Source of the DNA: a virus
Lineage: Duplodnaviria > Caudoviricetes
IMG/VR virus record: IMGVR_UViG_3300020432_000001
Span: 1 to 58,008 of that record
Direction: 5' to 3' (one strand)
DNA length: 58,008 bases
Of the stretch, positions 55,102 to 58,008 are shown one piece after another. The translations under genes were made by a program, and so were the position numbers. The notes under the pieces are model-generated. The model made no database searches. It saw only the letters and a list, made by a program, of their open reading frames with translations, and was not told the origin of the DNA. Position 1 is the stretch's first letter. Each line of letters opens with the position of its first letter.

Positions 55102-55737
55102 ATGGGTGGAGGAAGAAGCGCGCCACAACAAACTGTAACTACTTCCGGTATAGATGAAGAGTTTAAGCCTTATCTTGAAGAAGTTTTAGCAGACGTAACA
55201 CAAAGATATAAAGATACTAAAGGAGATCCAGATTCTATAGTAGCCGGTATGACACAAGCACAGAAAGATGCATTAGCTGCTCAAGAATCTTTATCTAGGG
55301 AAGCAATGGCTGGTGATCCCGATAAAAAAGATATGTACCAGAGAGCTCTTGGTGGTACTGGTGAATACGATTATACTATGGCACGTAATAGAGATATGCA
55401 AAATGTTTTAGGATCTGCAGCTGGACAAGCAGCTTTAGGTGGATCATTAGGTTCTGCACGTGCTGAAAAAGCTATGCAAGGAGCGTTAGCTGATAGATCA
55501 ATGCAGTTTCAACAACAAAGACAAGCAGATGTAATGTCAGGTTTAGGAATGAAAGATCAGTATATGGCAGGAAGAGCTGCTGGTATTAAAGGTTTAGGAG
55601 ATGTTGGAAGTGCTAGACAGCAATATGCACAGCAAAGATTAGATGCTCCTGATACAGCAGCAGCTAGATACTTTGGTTATTTAGGATCTGCCCCACAAAA
55701 ACAAACACAAACCACAACTGGTGGTGGAGGTAAATAA
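55102..55737 (+). CDS. Ejection (DNA pilot) protein
   Basis: MGGG..QQTVTTS N-terminus, LGGSLGSARA, Gln/Ala/Gly-rich, ends in TTTGGGGK. Confidence 0.65.
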   Translation: MGGGRSAPQQTVTTSGIDEEFKPYLEEVLADVTQRYKDTKGDPDSIVAGMTQAQKDALAAQESLSREAMAGDPDKKDMYQRALGGTGEYDYTMARNRDMQNVLGSAAGQAALGGSLGSARAEKAMQGALADRSMQFQQQRQADVMSGLGMKDQYMAGRAAGIKGLGDVGSARQQYAQQRLDAPDTAAARYFGYLGSAPQKQTQTTTGGGGK

Positions 55738-56231
55738 TGGTTGTACAATTAGCTAGTCCTTATGACGCCGAAAGAATAAAACAAATGGCTGCTCAAAAAG
55801 CAAGATTTCAACCAAATCCTGGACCAGTAGCAGCTCAAAAACCTGGTATGTTAGAAACTGTAGGTACTACTGTAGGTAGTAATGTATTAGGTAAAGTTGG
55901 TGAGGCTGGTATGTCAAAGCTAGGTACCATGGCAAAAGCTAAAGGTACAGAAATGTTAGCAGGTTTAAATACAGCTGGTGCACCATTAGGAGCTATGCTT
56001 CCTGGAGGAGCTACAGCAGGAGCAGCTGGTGCTGGATTTATGCCAATGATGGCTGCGGCTGCACCATGGTTAGCAGGTGCTGCTGTATTAGGTAAAGCAT
56101 TTAAGCTATTTAATATGGGTGGTTTAGTTGGACCGTTAGGTAATTTATCAAAAGTAAAATATAAAACGCATGGTGGGGATGTTACACACGAGTACGAAAT
56201 AAATATGGGACCTTTATCTAAAGGAGTTTAA
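55737..56231 (+). CDS. Gly/Ala-rich ejection protein
   Basis: 164 aa with a hydrophobic AGAAGAGFMPMMAAAAPWLAGAAVLG segment. Confidence 0.6.
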   Translation: MVVQLASPYDAERIKQMAAQKARFQPNPGPVAAQKPGMLETVGTTVGSNVLGKVGEAGMSKLGTMAKAKGTEMLAGLNTAGAPLGAMLPGGATAGAAGAGFMPMMAAAAPWLAGAAVLGKAFKLFNMGGLVGPLGNLSKVKYKTHGGDVTHEYEINMGPLSKGV

Positions 56232-56232
56232 T

Positions 56233-58008
56233 ATGAAATATAAAGCCACTCAAAAAGACCGCTATGGTAATATGAAATCTCTAGAAATCACAATGGATAA
56301 TCAGCTAGAAGTTCCTCCTATGGCTTCAGCTGTACCCATGTACGATCATCCTGGAGAACCTAAAGGCACTGATACTGTACCAGCTTGGCTTACTCCTGGC
56401 GAATTTGTTGTTAATAAAGAAGCCACTGATTTATTTGGACCACAAATTAAAGAAATGAATGATATAGGTAGAGAAATTCAAAATGGTGAAATACCTATGT
56501 ATGCTATGTCAGGTAAAAAAGTACAAAGCATGCTTGACCAAATTATGAGTTCTGAAAAAGCTAAAGGTGGTGGGGATCAGTTTACTCATTATAAAGGGGA
56601 TAAGCCTACCAAATATGGAATTACTTTAGAAACATATAGAGAACATATAAATCCAAAAGCAACTATAGAAGATCTTAAAAAGCTGACAGAAAAAGGTGCT
56701 AAAGATATTTTTAAAAAATACTATTATGAAAAATATAAAATAAATCAGCTTCCTGATTATATGCAACATAATGTTTTAGATATGGCTATTAATGCAGGAC
56801 CTGGTAATGCTATTAAATTATTACAACAAGAAATAAATAGTACATTACCTGAAGGATCAAAGATAGATGTTGATAATTTTATAGGACCTCAAACACTTAA
56901 AGCTGCAAAAAATTATGCTAATAAAAATGAATTTGATAATTCATATGGAGTAGCACGATTAAACTATTATAATCAGGTAGCACAAAACAATCCTGAAAAA
57001 AGTAAATTCTTAGAAGGATGGCAAAATAGAACTAATAAATTTATAGAGCCTAGAGAAATATCTTTACCAGTTCCTAAACCAAGTAGGGATGCTGAAGGAA
57101 ATGTTATATCTCCTAATTTGGAGGTTGAGAAACCAACCGATATTCCCAAGCCTAATGAAGACTCCGGGGGATTTAGTTTGTTCAATCTTTTTAAGCGTAG
57201 CAATTCTGATGACAATGTGCCTACGATAGCAGATATGAATGAACAAGCAACTGAAAATCCTTATAAGTCATCTTTTGTAGTTGCTAAAAATAGAGGTGGT
57301 GAAATTCCACAGTACTTAGAGCCTGGAGATAAAGTAAAAGAAATAATTGAAAACTCTAGAAATTTAGAAAATATATATAGTGCTCCTCCAAATGATGATA
57401 TGTATTCAGGAGTAGGTAAAGTTTTTCATCCTGATCCTACAATTAATAAAGCACTTCAAGAAGCAACAGCGGCTGTTGCAAGAGATACAAGTCAAGAAGA
57501 TGACTTAGGTAATGTTGCATCAGCAGTTCCTACAATTCCAGAGGTTCCTGTTTATGATCCTCAAGGAATAGGAGAAGGTATGTCTGATGAAGAGTTTAAT
57601 AAAATACAAGCTCAAGGACAAGACTTAGAAACAATGACTGCTGGATATGAAGGTGCTTATTCTCCTTTACTTAAAGATGTAGACTTTGGTAGTGGTAAAC
57701 CAAAAGACTATAGAAAAATTGGTGATAAATGGTATAGAGTTAGAGATGGTAAACTAGGTAGTAGGTTTGAACCTGGTACATTAGCATCTGATTCTGTAAA
57801 ATCTCTTCAAGCAATGAATTTAGATAGAATGCTAAATCAACCACCTCCTCCTTCAGAAGAAGAAGTTAAAGCTATGGCACAATCTGCGATGGGTAATGCA
57901 GGTATAGGTAGTAAAGTTATTACACCAGCTGCAGAAGTATTTATGGGAATGGGTACTGATGATGGTACTATCATGAGTAATATGGAAGAAGTTTCAAATA
58001 AAAAGAAA
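56233..58008 (+). CDS. N-terminal half of a ~1150-aa ejection protein with GH108 lysozyme and PG-binding domains (continues through the junction to 1754; absent from ORF track)
   Basis: AAGGAG SD. Manual translation gives GTDTVPAWLTPGEFVVNK, then SSEKAKGGG..DKPTKYGIT..KKYYY..VLDMAINAGPGNAIKLLQ..VDNFIGPQT..RLNYY..FLEGWQNR. The frame matches position 12. Confidence 0.85.
   Translation, partial: MKYKATQKDRYGNMKSLEITMDNQLEVPPMASAVPMYDHPGEPKGTDTVPAWLTPGEFVVNKEATDLFGPQIKEMNDIGREIQNGEIPMYAMSGKKVQSMLDQIMSSEKAKGGGDQFTHYKGDKPTKYGITLETYREHINPKATIEDLKKLTEKGAKDIFKKYYYEKYKINQLPDYMQHNVLDMAINAGPGNAIKLLQQEINSTLPEGSKIDVDNFIGPQTLKAAKNYANKNEFDNSYGVARLNYYNQVAQNNPEKSKFLEGWQNRTNKFIEPREISLPVPKPSRDAEGNVISPNLEVEKPTDIPKPNEDSGGFSLFNLFKRSNSDDNVPTIADMNEQATENPYKSSFVVAKNRGGEIPQYLEPGDKVKEIIENSRNLENIYSAPPNDDMYSGVGKVFHPDPTINKALQEATAAVARDTSQEDDLGNVASAVPTIPEVPVYDPQGIGEGMSDEEFNKIQAQGQDLETMTAGYEGAYSPLLKDVDFGSGKPKDYRKIGDKWYRVRDGKLGSRFEPGTLASDSVKSLQAMNLDRMLNQPPPPSEEEVKAMAQSAMGNAGIGSKVITPAAEVFMGMGTDDGTIMSNMEEVSNKKK
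57932..58008 (+). repeat. 77-bp terminal overlap identical to 1..77
   Basis: Direct sequence identity. Confidence 0.95.

Noticed and set aside
2533-57246. Antisense or alternate-frame ORFs in the track (e.g. 2533, 7916, 9955, 11779, 13429, 13635, 14267, 27256, 30706, 33874, 39152, 42198, 48914, 51561, 56973)
   Set aside because: They shadow well-supported genes and show no recognisable motifs.
1-58008. Temperate lifestyle or prophage context
   Set aside because: No integrase, repressor or flanking host genes were recognised; pstS, hsp20 and nrdJ are embedded in phage operons.

Overview
This is a complete, circularly assembled, AT-rich lytic podovirus-type phage genome of about 57.9 kb. Bases 1-77 equal 57932-58008, so the unit length is 57,931 bp. 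PstS, Hsp20 and class II RNR suggest a marine alphaproteobacterial host (inference). Early and replication genes run on the minus strand (26147 down to 11213). Packaging, structural and ejection genes run on the plus strand (26417 around to 11062), and terS is a plus-strand island inside the early region. The phage encodes two single-subunit RNA polymerases: an N4-vRNAP-like 1325-aa protein among the ejection genes and a T7-like 729-aa enzyme at the end of the replication operon. Two matching promoter families are visible: five covarying template-strand hairpins ahead of minus-strand genes, and five T7-like promoters. The most striking signal is 25497-26329, an 833-bp stretch whose plus strand has no cytosine except seven Cs. 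Those seven all lie in the 12-bp Shine-Dalgarno-to-ATG element of a 170-codon minus-strand gene otherwise written without guanine, and the two hairpins inside this stretch are recoded to C-free versions. The replication module also carries a ThyA-family enzyme with the Asn-to-Asp change that switches specificity to dCMP. It sits beside an Nmad1/DUF1599-like protein, a MazG-like pyrophosphatase and a PolA with altered active-site residues, suggesting cytosine modification that may be linked to the C-free zone. Also present are tRNA-His, two covarying mRNA pseudoknots, a ROSE-like thermometer and a candidate Pho box. All family calls come from motifs read by eye; no searches were run.
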